Shown in pieces: positions 10,763-20,329 of a stretch of 64,000 nt of DNA; position 1 is the stretch's first letter, and the number at the start of each line of letters is the position of its first letter. The DNA lies in the IMG/VR virus record IMGVR_UViG_3300047548_000772, positions 1 to 64,000 of that record; one strand, 5' to 3'. The notes beneath the pieces were generated by a model. It saw nothing but the letters and a program-made list of their open reading frames with translations, did not search any database and was not told the DNA's origin. A program made the translations under genes and the position numbers. The DNA comes from a virus.

Positions 10763-10927
10763 GTGAAAACAGCACACGCTTGGCAATACAACGGTGTAGC
10801 CACTTGGACAGAACTGATTGAATGGTGTGGTGCTAACTTGTCGCCTCGCTGGCATACCAACTGCCGCGACACTTTTTACTTTTGCTGTGATGAGGACTAC
10901 GTTATATTTTTGTTGAGGTGGGCATGA
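10763..10927 (+). CDS. LRW-family short protein (not in ORF track)
   Basis: GTG start; IEWCGAN...FCCDEDYVIFLLRWA*. Confidence 0.75.
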   Translation: MKTAHAWQYNGVATWTELIEWCGANLSPRWHTNCRDTFYFCCDEDYVIFLLRWA

Positions 10928-11202
10928 AATTAATTAAACTAGACCGCAGACATCACGGCCACCGCACTTGGACTCATGCCTTGCAATTTACTCAGCAAGA
11001 ATGCCATGTTCGTCACCGCAAATTTGCTCCGTATGTACAAGCCTTTAGTGAAATATACGGTGACGAACACTGGTACGATCATGCTGCAAATTGGCGTGAG
11101 TCTCTTAAATGGAATGAACACTGGCGTTACGATCGGCATCGCCGCAGAATCTACTTTAAAGATCCCAGCATACTAACCTTTGTGGAGTTGAAAATATCAT
11201 GA
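10924..11202 (+). CDS. LRW-family short protein, divergent
   Basis: IYFKDPSILTFVELKIS*. Confidence 0.65.
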   Translation: MKLIKLDRRHHGHRTWTHALQFTQQECHVRHRKFAPYVQAFSEIYGDEHWYDHAANWRESLKWNEHWRYDRHRRRIYFKDPSILTFVELKIS

Positions 11203-11408
11203 CTATGAAATTACCTTGTGGTGGTGTTGCTTACTTTGATGAGGGTAGCGGAATTGGTTATCGTTGTGAGCATTGCATGGCTGTAGTAGGCAGCGTGGGT
11301 ATGCCCCGGTCATGTAAATCAGAAAAGGACAAGTATGACAAAGTGTTGCCTGCGTTAGGCAGCCGAGTTAAATGGAACTACGAAAAAGGATGTGAGGAAA
11401 CTGCATGA
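11199..11408 (+). CDS. small Cys-containing hypothetical protein
   Basis: CEHC plus two further Cys; ATGA coupled. Confidence 0.65.
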   Translation: MTMKLPCGGVAYFDEGSGIGYRCEHCMAVVGSVGMPRSCKSEKDKYDKVLPALGSRVKWNYEKGCEETA

Positions 11409-11590
11409 GATTCCGCTATAAGCTCGACCCCGAGTCGGATCCGCGAAACAATTTCTACAACATGTTTACATGGTGTCAGCAACGGTTTGGGCAGTCCGGG
11501 TTAAAGAATAGTGCATGGACCTATAAGTACGGAACTTGGCACTTTCGTCGGCGTGAAGATTACGTAATGTTTATCCTGAGGTGGATATGA
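11405..11590 (+). CDS. LRW-family short protein
   Basis: TWCQQRFG...HFRRREDYVMFILRWI*. Confidence 0.8.
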   Translation: MRFRYKLDPESDPRNNFYNMFTWCQQRFGQSGLKNSAWTYKYGTWHFRRREDYVMFILRWI

Positions 11591-11883
11591 AAATCGTAAA
11601 ATTAAATGGTAACTTTAACATTTACAAGACCCACGGGTTCGAAGTAGGTGTAAAGTTCGATCTTTGGGATACCAAAGCACGTAACTTTGAAGCAGTTGTA
11701 GCAGATTGCTTGGGCAAACGAGCCTGGGGCTGGAAATACTATCCTAGTCTGGAGGTCAGAGAAAACTGGGCCGGTGAGTTTGGCAAACGTGCTAGTGGAC
11801 AAACCACACCGTATTGGATTTACTTTCGCCGGGAAAGTATGCTAACATTAGTATTATTATCAATCAATCATCAAAAGGACTAA
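11587..11883 (+). CDS. LRW-family protein, divergent
   Basis: IYFRRESMLTLVLLS. Confidence 0.6.
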   Translation: MKIVKLNGNFNIYKTHGFEVGVKFDLWDTKARNFEAVVADCLGKRAWGWKYYPSLEVRENWAGEFGKRASGQTTPYWIYFRRESMLTLVLLSINHQKD

Positions 11884-11885
11884 AA

Positions 11886-12398
11886 ATGGTTACTATTAAA
11901 GACTTTATGGAATCGGTTAACTATCGCATTACCGAAGGCAGCGAATACTGCTGGTCGTGCTTTGGGCCATATGCTTACAGACTAGATTCTTGGAATGGCG
12001 AAACCGATGGCTATACTATTAGCCTACTATTTGATACACAATCGCAAGAAGTATATCAAGCCGAAGCATGGGATTATGCTCGTGAGCGTTACTATCGTTG
12101 GCAAAATCCTGCATACATTGATGCGCATGTTGCTGAAGCCAAGTCACGTGACATCGACCCCGACGAAGCCTGCGATGGTGCTAAGTTTATTGACTTGGAA
12201 GTCGCTGCTGACTTCTTAGACAAAGCACTTTCAATTGTACAAGGTGTAGACTACGATACTCGCGTACAAATTGAAGTTGAACTCGACGATGACGTTATCA
12301 ATGCTGCTATGCGTATTGCACACGAGCGTGATATTACTTTTAATCAACTTGTAGAACAAATTATTCAGGCTAAAATCAACGAATTAAAAGGTGTGTAG
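11886..12398 (+). CDS. hypothetical protein, possible C-terminal ribbon-helix-helix
   Basis: IEVELDDDVINAAMRIAHERDITFNQLVEQII. Confidence 0.65.
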   Translation: MVTIKDFMESVNYRITEGSEYCWSCFGPYAYRLDSWNGETDGYTISLLFDTQSQEVYQAEAWDYARERYYRWQNPAYIDAHVAEAKSRDIDPDEACDGAKFIDLEVAADFLDKALSIVQGVDYDTRVQIEVELDDDVINAAMRIAHERDITFNQLVEQIIQAKINELKGV

Positions 12399-12622
12399 TG
12401 TCATCTATCACCCAACAAGGTCCATTTTTCACTCCGTGGAAGCAGTGGTTTGCCTGGCGTCCTGTGCGCACACTTGGTGGTGAACTAGCGTGGATGCGTA
12501 AGATTTATCGTCGTGCTTACGAAAAGGACTATGTTACACACGACGACTGGACACGTTATCAATATGGTAGTTTGCTTGATGTAATCGCAAACCCAGATCG
12601 CCCACAGGCTTGGTGGTCATGA
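12398..12622 (+). CDS. hypothetical protein
   Basis: WKQWFAWRPV motif; coupled. Confidence 0.7.
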   Translation: MSSITQQGPFFTPWKQWFAWRPVRTLGGELAWMRKIYRRAYEKDYVTHDDWTRYQYGSLLDVIANPDRPQAWWS

Positions 12623-12936
12623 GCAAAACTGTACAAATACTGCAAGCAGCAAACCAAGCAGGCAAATCTTTTGGGTTCACTGCTGAACAACAGCAATATC
12701 TTAAAGATGCACTTGAACTGGCTACAATCAAAATGAATCAAAAATTCGAACTCATTGATCAGGGTCCTGTAGACGATGCTCCTTGGTACACAGTTAAAAT
12801 TCGCGACAAAGAAATTTGGTTTTGGCTTACACAGCAAGAAGGTCGGTGGCATCACTATATTTGTGAGCAAACCCGCATTCCACTAGTCGACATGGACGAG
12901 CCCACTTATCTAGCCTTGGTAATGCGTTGGTCATGA
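12619..12936 (+). CDS. LRW-family protein
   Basis: VDMDEPTYLALVMRWS*. Confidence 0.75.
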   Translation: MSKTVQILQAANQAGKSFGFTAEQQQYLKDALELATIKMNQKFELIDQGPVDDAPWYTVKIRDKEIWFWLTQQEGRWHHYICEQTRIPLVDMDEPTYLALVMRWS

Positions 12937-13124
12937 TTCAGAAAACTGCCCTAGCCATAGATCGGCCAACATTTTATATCGATCTGAAACCTGCCTACAG
13001 TATTACTGCGGATATGCAAAAATGGCTAGAGGAAGAAGAAGGTGCAGGCTATTCTTTGGGTGGATGGGGCATTTACTTCTACGATAGCAAAGATGCTACA
13101 ATGTTTGCGTTGAAATGGTTATGA
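12933..13124 (+). CDS. LRW-family short protein
   Basis: YFYDSKDATMFALKWL*. Confidence 0.82.
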   Translation: MIQKTALAIDRPTFYIDLKPAYSITADMQKWLEEEEGAGYSLGGWGIYFYDSKDATMFALKWL

Positions 13125-13390
13125 CAATTACTTATAAACGTCCTTTTAGTGATCGCAGTACTCGTGTGCCTATACATAAAGTTTACTACGGCGAGCCCGT
13201 GGTAGAAGCAGATCCATTCCTTGGAATTCCATTTAAACTCTACCCATCGCACGATGCAGCAGCGATCGAATGGTGTCAAGAAAACTGCAGGGCCGCTTGG
13301 TACAGAAGTCCCGGTTATTGTGATCAATGCTTTATTGAATTTGAAGACGATCAAGATGCTATGATGTTTTCTTTAAGGTGGAGCGAATGA
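13121..13390 (+). CDS. LRW-family short protein
   Basis: EWCQENC...EFEDDQDAMMFSLRWSE*. Confidence 0.82.
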   Translation: MTITYKRPFSDRSTRVPIHKVYYGEPVVEADPFLGIPFKLYPSHDAAAIEWCQENCRAAWYRSPGYCDQCFIEFEDDQDAMMFSLRWSE

Positions 13391-13596
13391 CTGGTTATAA
13401 CGAAGCGTTTCCTTATATTGTTGCTGATGACTCATGGCTTAGTTATGTAGATGTACAATGGCAAGATATGTGTAAATGGTGCGATACTAACCTGCCCGGT
13501 GAGTGGGAGTACTTCAATGGCGAGTATAGATTTGCTACAGAACGTGCTAAAATGTTATTTTTGTTGAGATGGAGCAATGGACAACTATCTTATTAA
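13387..13596 (+). CDS. LRW-family short protein
   Basis: KWCDTNL...RFATERAKMLFLLRWS. Confidence 0.8.
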   Translation: MTGYNEAFPYIVADDSWLSYVDVQWQDMCKWCDTNLPGEWEYFNGEYRFATERAKMLFLLRWSNGQLSY

Positions 13597-13819
13597 CTGT
13601 GTAAATGCAGTAGGCTGGACGAAATTCAGCCGGCATTGTGCTGACATTTACTCTAACAGCAAGATTGTATCAATTAATTCTGTTTACGATTATCAACTTG
13701 CACTACAGTTTGGCTTTGAATATCCCAGAGTGCGTGTTAAGAGTCCACGCACATATCCGCACTACCTACGGTTTCGTACAGAACAAGAATATCTAGCGTT
13801 TGCCTTGAGGTGGTCATGA
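13577..13819 (+). CDS. LRW-family short protein
   Basis: RFRTEQEYLAFALRWS*. Confidence 0.8.
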   Translation: MDNYLINCVNAVGWTKFSRHCADIYSNSKIVSINSVYDYQLALQFGFEYPRVRVKSPRTYPHYLRFRTEQEYLAFALRWS

Positions 13820-14031
13820 TCAAAGTTATTCTAAACGATTCAAAGATTCCCTACGCGAATGTCTATGCGCATTTTTCATGGATTGCTGGTTGGGCCAAAG
13901 CCAACTGCCCAAGTTATGTCACATACGAAACCATAGACGTTAGCGACTTTTCTGTGACCAATGATGTGTTAGCAGAATATACATTTGTTGATGAACGTGA
14001 TGCAACCTTGTTTAGGTTGAAATGGTCATGA
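13816..14031 (+). CDS. LRW-family short protein
   Basis: TFVDERDATLFRLKWS*. Confidence 0.82.
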   Translation: MIKVILNDSKIPYANVYAHFSWIAGWAKANCPSYVTYETIDVSDFSVTNDVLAEYTFVDERDATLFRLKWS

Positions 14032-14261
14032 TTACATTTAACGTTAGCGAGAACACAGCCTTTGATCGCATGTACCATCATTACTGGTTTGACTCTAAGT
14101 TCATTGAGCAGACTCCGCATTTGACTACGTCAGTGGTTGAAACCTGGATGGACTATACATTGGAAAACTATGGAATTCGCCCGCTGGGTCCAACGGGCAA
14201 TGGCATTTGGGAAGTTGTTGATGAACAAAAATACGCACTGATGCTACTAAAATGGACATAA
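14028..14261 (+). CDS. LRW-family short protein
   Basis: EVVDEQKYALMLLKWT*. Confidence 0.78.
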   Translation: MITFNVSENTAFDRMYHHYWFDSKFIEQTPHLTTSVVETWMDYTLENYGIRPLGPTGNGIWEVVDEQKYALMLLKWT

Positions 14262-14593
14262 AGATTCTATCACATAGAAAACCCAGCAATCGTTCAATGA
14301 TGATGTTTACCAACATCATTAGGTTCCAACCTCGGACCGACGACGATAAGTCTGATTACCCTTATGAGAATTCATTGAATCGTATTTGTTCGTGGATCTC
14401 ACTTAACTTCAAAGAAAACTTTGTTGTTTTAGAAAAAACCAGTAGTCGCATTGCTGGTGGTTGGGCTGACAATAAAAAAGGGTGGCAAGTTCAAAGGTAC
14501 GAAGTAGATCGACGAGAACACTCAACAACCGCAGTTTATGAACTACGCTGCATGGGGCCAGATGCTACACTATTCATGCTAAAGTGGGGCTAA
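14252..14593 (+). CDS. LRW-family protein
   Basis: GPDATLFMLKWG*; ATG formed by upstream K-W codons. Confidence 0.78.
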   Translation: MDIKILSHRKPSNRSMMMFTNIIRFQPRTDDDKSDYPYENSLNRICSWISLNFKENFVVLEKTSSRIAGGWADNKKGWQVQRYEVDRREHSTTAVYELRCMGPDATLFMLKWG

Positions 14594-15012
14594 TGAGTTT
14601 CAACGGAGCTGCATTTTTAAAGGATAAAGTAAGCATGGCCAAGTGGGAAATACATCGCCGATTCGGGACTGTTAAAGCCTTGTGGTGGAAGTTTATGCCC
14701 GGGGTAAAAATCACTGTTAAATGGCCCGCTGGGCTTGTAGAGATCGACGACTCTATGCCACAATGGGATTGGACTATTGGACCAGCGAAGTACGTAGTTG
14801 CCAGTGCCGACCCGAACGATCACTATAGGCCTTGGTTAGAGCAGAATGTAGGTCGTCAAGGTTGGGATTGGGACTGGCGATTAGGTCCAATCACTGGTGC
14901 ACAGGGTAGCGCAAACGGCCCGACTTATCTAACTGGAGACTATTTGGAGATCAAGTTTCGCAAAGCCAAGGCAGAATATGCTACAATGTTTAAACTAATA
15001 TGGCCCGACTAA
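14593..15012 (+). CDS. LRW-family protein
   Basis: WLEQNVG...EYATMFKLIWPD*. Confidence 0.75.
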   Translation: MSFNGAAFLKDKVSMAKWEIHRRFGTVKALWWKFMPGVKITVKWPAGLVEIDDSMPQWDWTIGPAKYVVASADPNDHYRPWLEQNVGRQGWDWDWRLGPITGAQGSANGPTYLTGDYLEIKFRKAKAEYATMFKLIWPD

Positions 15013-15013
15013 C

Positions 15014-15289
15014 ATGAATATACCTTTAGATGTTTTAGAATCCATGGAACAACAAGCAGCACAAAGTTTGCGTGAAAGCATTGACTTTGAAGTGTTGGCC
15101 GATGTGTTAGTTACTGGATGTGGATGGACCGATGTGGTCATTGATTTGATGTTTGCTGGCACAGATCGAGAAAAAGAAATAACACAATGGGCCGAGGATA
15201 ATTGTGCAGGACTACATAAACATCACTACGGACGTTGGGTATTTGAACTTGCCGCTGACGCTGTGCTGTTTAAACTAAAATGGGCTTAA
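15014..15289 (+). CDS. LRW-family protein
   Basis: VFELAADAVLFKLKWA*. Confidence 0.82.
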   Translation: MNIPLDVLESMEQQAAQSLRESIDFEVLADVLVTGCGWTDVVIDLMFAGTDREKEITQWAEDNCAGLHKHHYGRWVFELAADAVLFKLKWA

Positions 15290-15290
15290 T

Positions 15291-15590
15291 ATGCTGGTAT
15301 ATCGCAACGGACTACTACAATTACCTGATCACGAATATTCAGTATTTGATGGCGAAATTAGATTTAATCATGCCCTACAGTTAGGCGATCGCATACACGT
15401 TCAAGACGGCGTGTATCAACAAACGTTTTCCAGCGATGGACGAACTAATGTTTTTGTCGTTGACACCGAGGTTCAAGAAAACCTTGCTATTACCACGTTG
15501 TTAGAAAACTGTCTCAAGTACAAAGATAATCCTATGGTCATCGATGCACTAGAACGATTACAAGTAGCATTGTCATTGGTGCGAGAATGA
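15291..15590 (+). CDS. hypothetical protein
   Basis: ORF in array lacking the LRW motif. Confidence 0.7.
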   Translation: MLVYRNGLLQLPDHEYSVFDGEIRFNHALQLGDRIHVQDGVYQQTFSSDGRTNVFVVDTEVQENLAITTLLENCLKYKDNPMVIDALERLQVALSLVRE

Positions 15591-15799
15591 TCGAAATTAA
15601 GTTTGGCCGGGAGAGGTTTCACGAAGCCCAAGAAATGAGTCTGTGGCTCATTGATCATTATGGTCGTGGTATGTGGTATCGATATGCAATGGTCGAAAAT
15701 AACGATTGCCGGTGGGCACAGGAAAGCGCCTTTGGTATTACTTGGTTTTACTTTCGCAACCAAGAAGATGCTACAATGTTTGCATTGAAGTGGCAATGA
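15587..15799 (+). CDS. LRW-family short protein
   Basis: YFRNQEDATMFALKWQ*. Confidence 0.82.
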   Translation: MIEIKFGRERFHEAQEMSLWLIDHYGRGMWYRYAMVENNDCRWAQESAFGITWFYFRNQEDATMFALKWQ

Positions 15800-16194
15800 G
15801 CATTTGGGCAAAGATCAAAGATCGTTGGCTTACTTGGCGCACAGGCAAGGATGCTGAACAACGTGCATGGGACGCATGGTGCGATGTTAATGTGTGTCGC
15901 CGCGCCCATACAGTAGAAAATTACTACTACAAGTTTAAGCATATTATCGAAGTAGACCCAGCCAAAGTATTTGATACCACATGTCCATTTGGATGGACCT
16001 ATATCAAAGACTTTCAGCAATTTGCATTTCCAAACCGAGAACTAGGCAACAATACAATGTGCGAATGGTTTCGTTGTGTCAAGGACGACTACGATGGACA
16101 ATGGCATATCAATGAAATCGGCGGCTATGACCACCTTTTTGCTGCTACAAATTCCGACGCAGATGCCATAGTTATAGCGTTAAAATACACTTGA
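15796..16194 (+). CDS. LRW-family-like protein
   Basis: TNSDADAIVIALKYT*. Confidence 0.68.
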   Translation: MSIWAKIKDRWLTWRTGKDAEQRAWDAWCDVNVCRRAHTVENYYYKFKHIIEVDPAKVFDTTCPFGWTYIKDFQQFAFPNRELGNNTMCEWFRCVKDDYDGQWHINEIGGYDHLFAATNSDADAIVIALKYT

Positions 16195-16219
16195 CCAGAA
16201 ATACCTATTTTGCTATAAT
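16191..16219 (+). promoter_or_regulatory. sigma70-type promoter
   Basis: TTGACC-N17-TATAAT with extended -10 TG; -35 overlaps upstream TGA stop. Confidence 0.88.
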
Positions 16220-16225
16220 TATACT

Positions 16226-16453
16226 ATGGCTAAAATAGTACCCGTAAAAGAGTTAGAACCTGCATTTAGTAATGCCATGCGAGCGTTGATCGCCGAATGT
16301 GGTCCAGATATTATGACCATGGCTAATACAATGAACGCTTGGCAGAAACACTACGGGTCGTATATTTTACACGATGAAAATTTTGGTTGGGAAGTTGTAG
16401 CATTTAAATCAGAGCAAGATCAAGTTATGTTTATGTTAAAGTGGGGTAGTTAA
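16226..16453 (+). CDS. LRW-family short protein
   Basis: AFKSEQDQVMFMLKWGS*. Confidence 0.8.
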   Translation: MAKIVPVKELEPAFSNAMRALIAECGPDIMTMANTMNAWQKHYGSYILHDENFGWEVVAFKSEQDQVMFMLKWGS

Positions 16454-16843
16454 GTGAGCAAGGAAAAGAAACTACTGTTTAGCGTCACTGCTAAAGACTG
16501 CGAATGGTCCTATACCAAGGGCACAGGTGCAGGCGGGCAAAAGCGCAACAAAACCAGCTCGGCTGTTCACTGTATGCATCGCCCCAGTGGTGCTCGTGGC
16601 TATAGCGAAGCAAGCCGGAGCCAAGCAGACAACAAGCGTGATGCGTTTGTTAAGATGGCTAATACTGTGGAGTTTCGTCGCTGGAACCAACTCGAAGCTA
16701 TGAAGAAGATGGGGCAACTTGAAGAACTCGAGCGTAAGCTAGAGGAAGATATGAAGCCCTGGAACCTACGTTACGAAACTAAAGTAGATGGTGTTTGGAC
16801 AGAAACAGCACCCGAGGATATGAGCCGTGATGAAAGCAATTAA
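16454..16843 (+). CDS. class I release-factor-domain protein (GGQ peptidyl-tRNA hydrolase)
   Basis: GTGAGGQKRNKTSSAV...RSQADNK. Confidence 0.88.
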   Translation: MSKEKKLLFSVTAKDCEWSYTKGTGAGGQKRNKTSSAVHCMHRPSGARGYSEASRSQADNKRDAFVKMANTVEFRRWNQLEAMKKMGQLEELERKLEEDMKPWNLRYETKVDGVWTETAPEDMSRDESN

Positions 16844-17135
16844 AATTCGACCAAACGATCAACGAGCATTTACTCGCAAGGGTCGACTGACTCCGCAGTA
16901 TAACTTACCTTACCACGCTCGTGGACGGAGCACGTTTTACGATTCGTTGCCGGTTAATCAACGCACCTTGATTAAGATCTTCGGTTACCTACACGGTTAC
17001 GCAGGTCATGGTACTCGGGTTATGCGACAGCGTTGGCGACCAGCAGAACATCGATTCCAAATGCGCCATATGCCAGTTACCTCCCGAAGTACCAGTCAAT
17101 TTGTTAATGAATACACCGCACACAGATGGATGTAA
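16827..17135 (+). CDS. basic hypothetical protein
   Basis: Arg-rich ORF between coupled genes. Confidence 0.55.
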   Translation: MMKAIKIRPNDQRAFTRKGRLTPQYNLPYHARGRSTFYDSLPVNQRTLIKIFGYLHGYAGHGTRVMRQRWRPAEHRFQMRHMPVTSRSTSQFVNEYTAHRWM

Positions 17136-17136
17136 A

Positions 17137-17643
17137 ATGGACGCACTAAAAGATCCTAATTTGTCCGCAGACGAAATCAAACTGCTTAATGGATTACAAG
17201 GCATTCAACGCATTGTAATTAACTCGTGTCACGGCGGATTTGGTTTAAGTGAGGCCGCCGTTCGACGTTATTTAGAACTTCGAGGCATTGAAGTTTGGGT
17301 CGAACCACGCACAGAAACATATATGTCGTTGGGACCATTGTATTGGCTTGTGCCGCCGGGGCCGCACAGAGCAACATATGATCCAAGTCCCGAAGCATGG
17401 TCACGCATGACCATGGCCGAACGTCAAGCCAACAACAAAATACTAGACTCGCAGTTATTTTATGCACGTGATATTGCTCGCGACGATCCTTTGTTGGTGC
17501 GTGTCGTTGAAGAACTTGGTTCACAGTCTTATGGACGCCACGCTGAACTCAAAGTAGTAGATGTTCCGTCTGACGTTGAATGGACTATTGAAGAATACGA
17601 TGGCTCGGAGTGGGTGGCGGAGGTACACAGGACTTGGCAATGA
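17137..17643 (+). CDS. hypothetical phage protein
   Basis: IVINSCHGGFGLS...EYDGSEWV; start uncertain (17107 or 17137). Confidence 0.75.
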   Translation: MDALKDPNLSADEIKLLNGLQGIQRIVINSCHGGFGLSEAAVRRYLELRGIEVWVEPRTETYMSLGPLYWLVPPGPHRATYDPSPEAWSRMTMAERQANNKILDSQLFYARDIARDDPLLVRVVEELGSQSYGRHAELKVVDVPSDVEWTIEEYDGSEWVAEVHRTWQ

Positions 17644-17855
17644 TGGGAGAATTTTTCAAAATGGGCAATTATAGTTTTTGCAGCGACGAACGTGATATAC
17701 GCACTAGCAACAATTGGCTAGAAATTCGCAGTTGGTGCGCTGACAATCTCATTGCCGCAGAACAAATTATGACTGGACCGGGGATGCCTTTTAACGTTTG
17801 GCGGGTCAAAGACGAACATCAACGCACATGGTTTAAACTGCGATGGGAAATTTAG
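17640..17855 (+). CDS. LRW-family short protein
   Basis: SWCADN...RVKDEHQRTWFKLRWEI*. Confidence 0.78.
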   Translation: MMGEFFKMGNYSFCSDERDIRTSNNWLEIRSWCADNLIAAEQIMTGPGMPFNVWRVKDEHQRTWFKLRWEI

Positions 17856-18031
17856 ATTACCTTATTGAAAGTAGATACCGCTGTATCATTCCCACAGGGT
17901 TTGATGCTGCCGAAACACTAGGCAATTGGGCACATGGGTATCCGGAAATGTACACGGTTTACACAACGGGCACAATATCGTATAATAACGAACAAGCACT
18001 CAGTTGGTTTATTCTAAAATGGCCACAATAA
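17843..18031 (+). CDS. LRW-family short protein
   Basis: SYNNEQALSWFILKWPQ*. Confidence 0.75.
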   Translation: MGNLDYLIESRYRCIIPTGFDAAETLGNWAHGYPEMYTVYTTGTISYNNEQALSWFILKWPQ

Positions 18032-18249
18032 GCAATTACTATTCTGAAAATCTCAGTAATCATACTCGAGTAAAATTCCCAGAGTATAATCCAAGAAAGG
18101 TCTTGGAGTTTTTGCGTGAACACTTTGGCGATAACAATATCCATCAATCGGTTGAACAACGTCGTTGGGTTACTGTTGGGTATAGTGAATACATTTACTT
18201 TCGTGACGAGCGTGATGCTATGTGGTTTAAACTACGGTGGGACAAATGA
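18019..18249 (+). CDS. LRW-family short protein
   Basis: YFRDERDAMWFKLRWDK*. Confidence 0.82.
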   Translation: MATISNYYSENLSNHTRVKFPEYNPRKVLEFLREHFGDNNIHQSVEQRRWVTVGYSEYIYFRDERDAMWFKLRWDK

Positions 18250-18470
18250 TTGGCATTACTGTCCCGGAAAACATTGATATGTTTCGGCGTGCTTGGACCA
18301 CTGTGGCTGTGCCAAAGTATTGCCCAAACAGAGATACTAGTGTTGCAGAAAGCCAGCGCATATGGCTTGAGGAATTTGGGTGTAGAATGATCTTTGGCAA
18401 AACTGGCTTTTTAACAGCAGAGTTTGACAACGAAGCAGACTATACTGCATTTATATTGAGGTGGTCCTAG
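18246..18470 (+). CDS. LRW-family short protein
   Basis: EFDNEADYTAFILRWS*. Confidence 0.82.
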   Translation: MIGITVPENIDMFRRAWTTVAVPKYCPNRDTSVAESQRIWLEEFGCRMIFGKTGFLTAEFDNEADYTAFILRWS

Positions 18471-18727
18471 TGAGCGGAAACAGTCGACAACGTAGACGTA
18501 GTGCCCGTCACTGGCGGCATGTCTATCACATAGAAAATACCAGTCCGCTGGGTATCAAGGCTTGGGCCATTCGTCAGTGGTGTGAACAACAGTATGGTCA
18601 AAAGAATTTTGCTCGTACTTGGGCAATTCAAACACAGTCCGAAGAAAACTGGCCTACACAATTTTTTGTAGCATTTAACAAGGACAAAGATGCGGCTTGG
18701 TTCGTATCTAAATGGTTATCACAATGA
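18470..18727 (+). CDS. LRW-family short protein
   Basis: QWCEQQYG...AFNKDKDAAWFVSKWL. Confidence 0.75.
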   Translation: MSGNSRQRRRSARHWRHVYHIENTSPLGIKAWAIRQWCEQQYGQKNFARTWAIQTQSEENWPTQFFVAFNKDKDAAWFVSKWLSQ

Positions 18728-18981
18728 AACATCGCTCGCGCACAGTATTTAAAAGCACTAACTTTATTATCGACAAGCGCACAAATAGTAAGGGCAGAGT
18801 TTATTACGAGCTTAGTCTAAACTCCTACGGTAGCATTGCATGGGATCCCGAGCGGTTTGATCTAGTTCGTAATATCGTTGACCCCACACGCAACAGATCC
18901 GGGCACTTTGGCAGATCTTGGAAATATCCTAACCGTGCTGCTGCTGAACGAGACTTGATGTTATTGGAACTAATGTTATGA
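18724..18981 (+). CDS. hypothetical protein
   Basis: ATGA coupled in array. Confidence 0.65.
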   Translation: MKHRSRTVFKSTNFIIDKRTNSKGRVYYELSLNSYGSIAWDPERFDLVRNIVDPTRNRSGHFGRSWKYPNRAAAERDLMLLELML

Positions 18982-19217
18982 ACAACACGGTTAAGTTTAC
19001 TGCTATCCCTATCGATAAATGGTCATTGCAGGATCGTAAGGGGGCCATCACGTGGTTATTGGGATTATATGGGTTTGGTAACATCAAAACTTGGTACCTG
19101 GATACTCAACCAGCAGGGTGCGAAGATTTAATCATGCGCGACGATATCTATTTTATGTTTGCAGCAGCATTTGGAGAAGGTTATGGCACATCCAGAAAAT
19201 ACAATGAGAGCACTTAA
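18978..19217 (+). CDS. hypothetical protein, possibly a very divergent LRW-family member
   Basis: WLLGLYG...IMRDDIYFMFAAAF. Confidence 0.55.
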   Translation: MNNTVKFTAIPIDKWSLQDRKGAITWLLGLYGFGNIKTWYLDTQPAGCEDLIMRDDIYFMFAAAFGEGYGTSRKYNEST

Positions 19218-19392
19218 AGATCAGCCACTGTTTGTTGATCGCTGGCAATGTCGCTGGGGACTACACCGTTGGACTCGCTGGTCAGATGGTAAAAAGGATG
19301 CTAGTTCACTGCACTTTACACAGCACCGCACTTGTGTAGACTGTGGCCGTCAAGAAATAAAAAAACTACTAGGTGATTCGAGGCCATTTTAA
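19204..19392 (+). CDS. small Cys/His-containing protein
   Basis: CRWGLHRW...CVDCG. Confidence 0.6.
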   Translation: MRALKDQPLFVDRWQCRWGLHRWTRWSDGKKDASSLHFTQHRTCVDCGRQEIKKLLGDSRPF

Positions 19393-19393
19393 C

Positions 19394-19660
19394 ATGGGCT
19401 TACAAATTCCCCGTTATCCCGAGCCTATAGAGATGCGCACAGGCGAAGACTTTTTAAAGTCTTTTAGTTATTGGGCGCAACTTATTGGCGGACGTTTTAG
19501 CGATCGCACTGAACGCAATGAACTGGCCGGGCAGTGGTGTATGGAATACTTTGGCGTGCCCGATACCACTTGGGAAGGCGGCGTTTGGAACTTTAGCAAC
19601 GGTAAGTTTTATTTTAAAAACGAGTCAGACCGTAGCATGTTTGTGTTGAGGTGGTCGTGA
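19394..19660 (+). CDS. LRW-family short protein
   Basis: QWCMEYFG...YFKNESDRSMFVLRWS*. Confidence 0.82.
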   Translation: MGLQIPRYPEPIEMRTGEDFLKSFSYWAQLIGGRFSDRTERNELAGQWCMEYFGVPDTTWEGGVWNFSNGKFYFKNESDRSMFVLRWS

Positions 19661-19926
19661 TAATCGAAACAGATTCCGATCTATACTTTAACATACGCGG
19701 AAAATGGTTACGCGGAAACCCGCTACGTTGGCGCACTGAACTAACAGAGCAACGTGCCGCAGCATTTACCCAGTTTGTCAAAGATAACGGCGGTCAAATT
19801 AACGAGGACCGCATTGATAAAAATAAAATGTACGGCAGCGATTCTCTAGGAATAATCCCAGGCATTAGCACCATCGTGTTTAATGACGAAAAATTATACA
19901 CTATGTTTGTGTTGAGGTATGCATGA
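19657..19926 (+). CDS. LRW-family short protein
   Basis: VFNDEKLYTMFVLRYA*. Confidence 0.8.
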   Translation: MIIETDSDLYFNIRGKWLRGNPLRWRTELTEQRAAAFTQFVKDNGGQINEDRIDKNKMYGSDSLGIIPGISTIVFNDEKLYTMFVLRYA

Positions 19927-20132
19927 TAGACTTAGAATATAAGCGATTAGAAAAAGGTGGGGCCAACGGTGTTGACCTACAAGCACTAGGACTGTGGCTT
20001 GATGAAAATATGCCTAATCCTCCGTTGCCCGAAGAACAGCGTTGGACTATTGGTCGTAGTGCTGATGGACGTATTGGTATTAGGTTTGCCAATGATCACG
20101 ATGCAACGTTATTTTCATTGAGGTGGGGATGA
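19923..20132 (+). CDS. LRW-family short protein
   Basis: RFANDHDATLFSLRWG*. Confidence 0.82.
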   Translation: MIDLEYKRLEKGGANGVDLQALGLWLDENMPNPPLPEEQRWTIGRSADGRIGIRFANDHDATLFSLRWG

Positions 20133-20329
20133 TAGTTGATTTAAACAACTTACCTTATCGACAAGCCAGAGAACTAATCTTATGGTGCGTGGCCAACGAC
20201 ATTGACAAAGAACGTGCCGATAAACTATACTTTGCTTGGTACGAGCCTGCAGGTTCAAAGAAAGAATATACTTGGGAACTAGACATTCCCGAAGAATATC
20301 TAACTTACTTTATGTTGAAGTGGCAATGA
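20129..20329 (+). CDS. LRW-family short protein
   Basis: DIPEEYLTYFMLKWQ*. Confidence 0.78.
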   Translation: MIVDLNNLPYRQARELILWCVANDIDKERADKLYFAWYEPAGSKKEYTWELDIPEEYLTYFMLKWQ

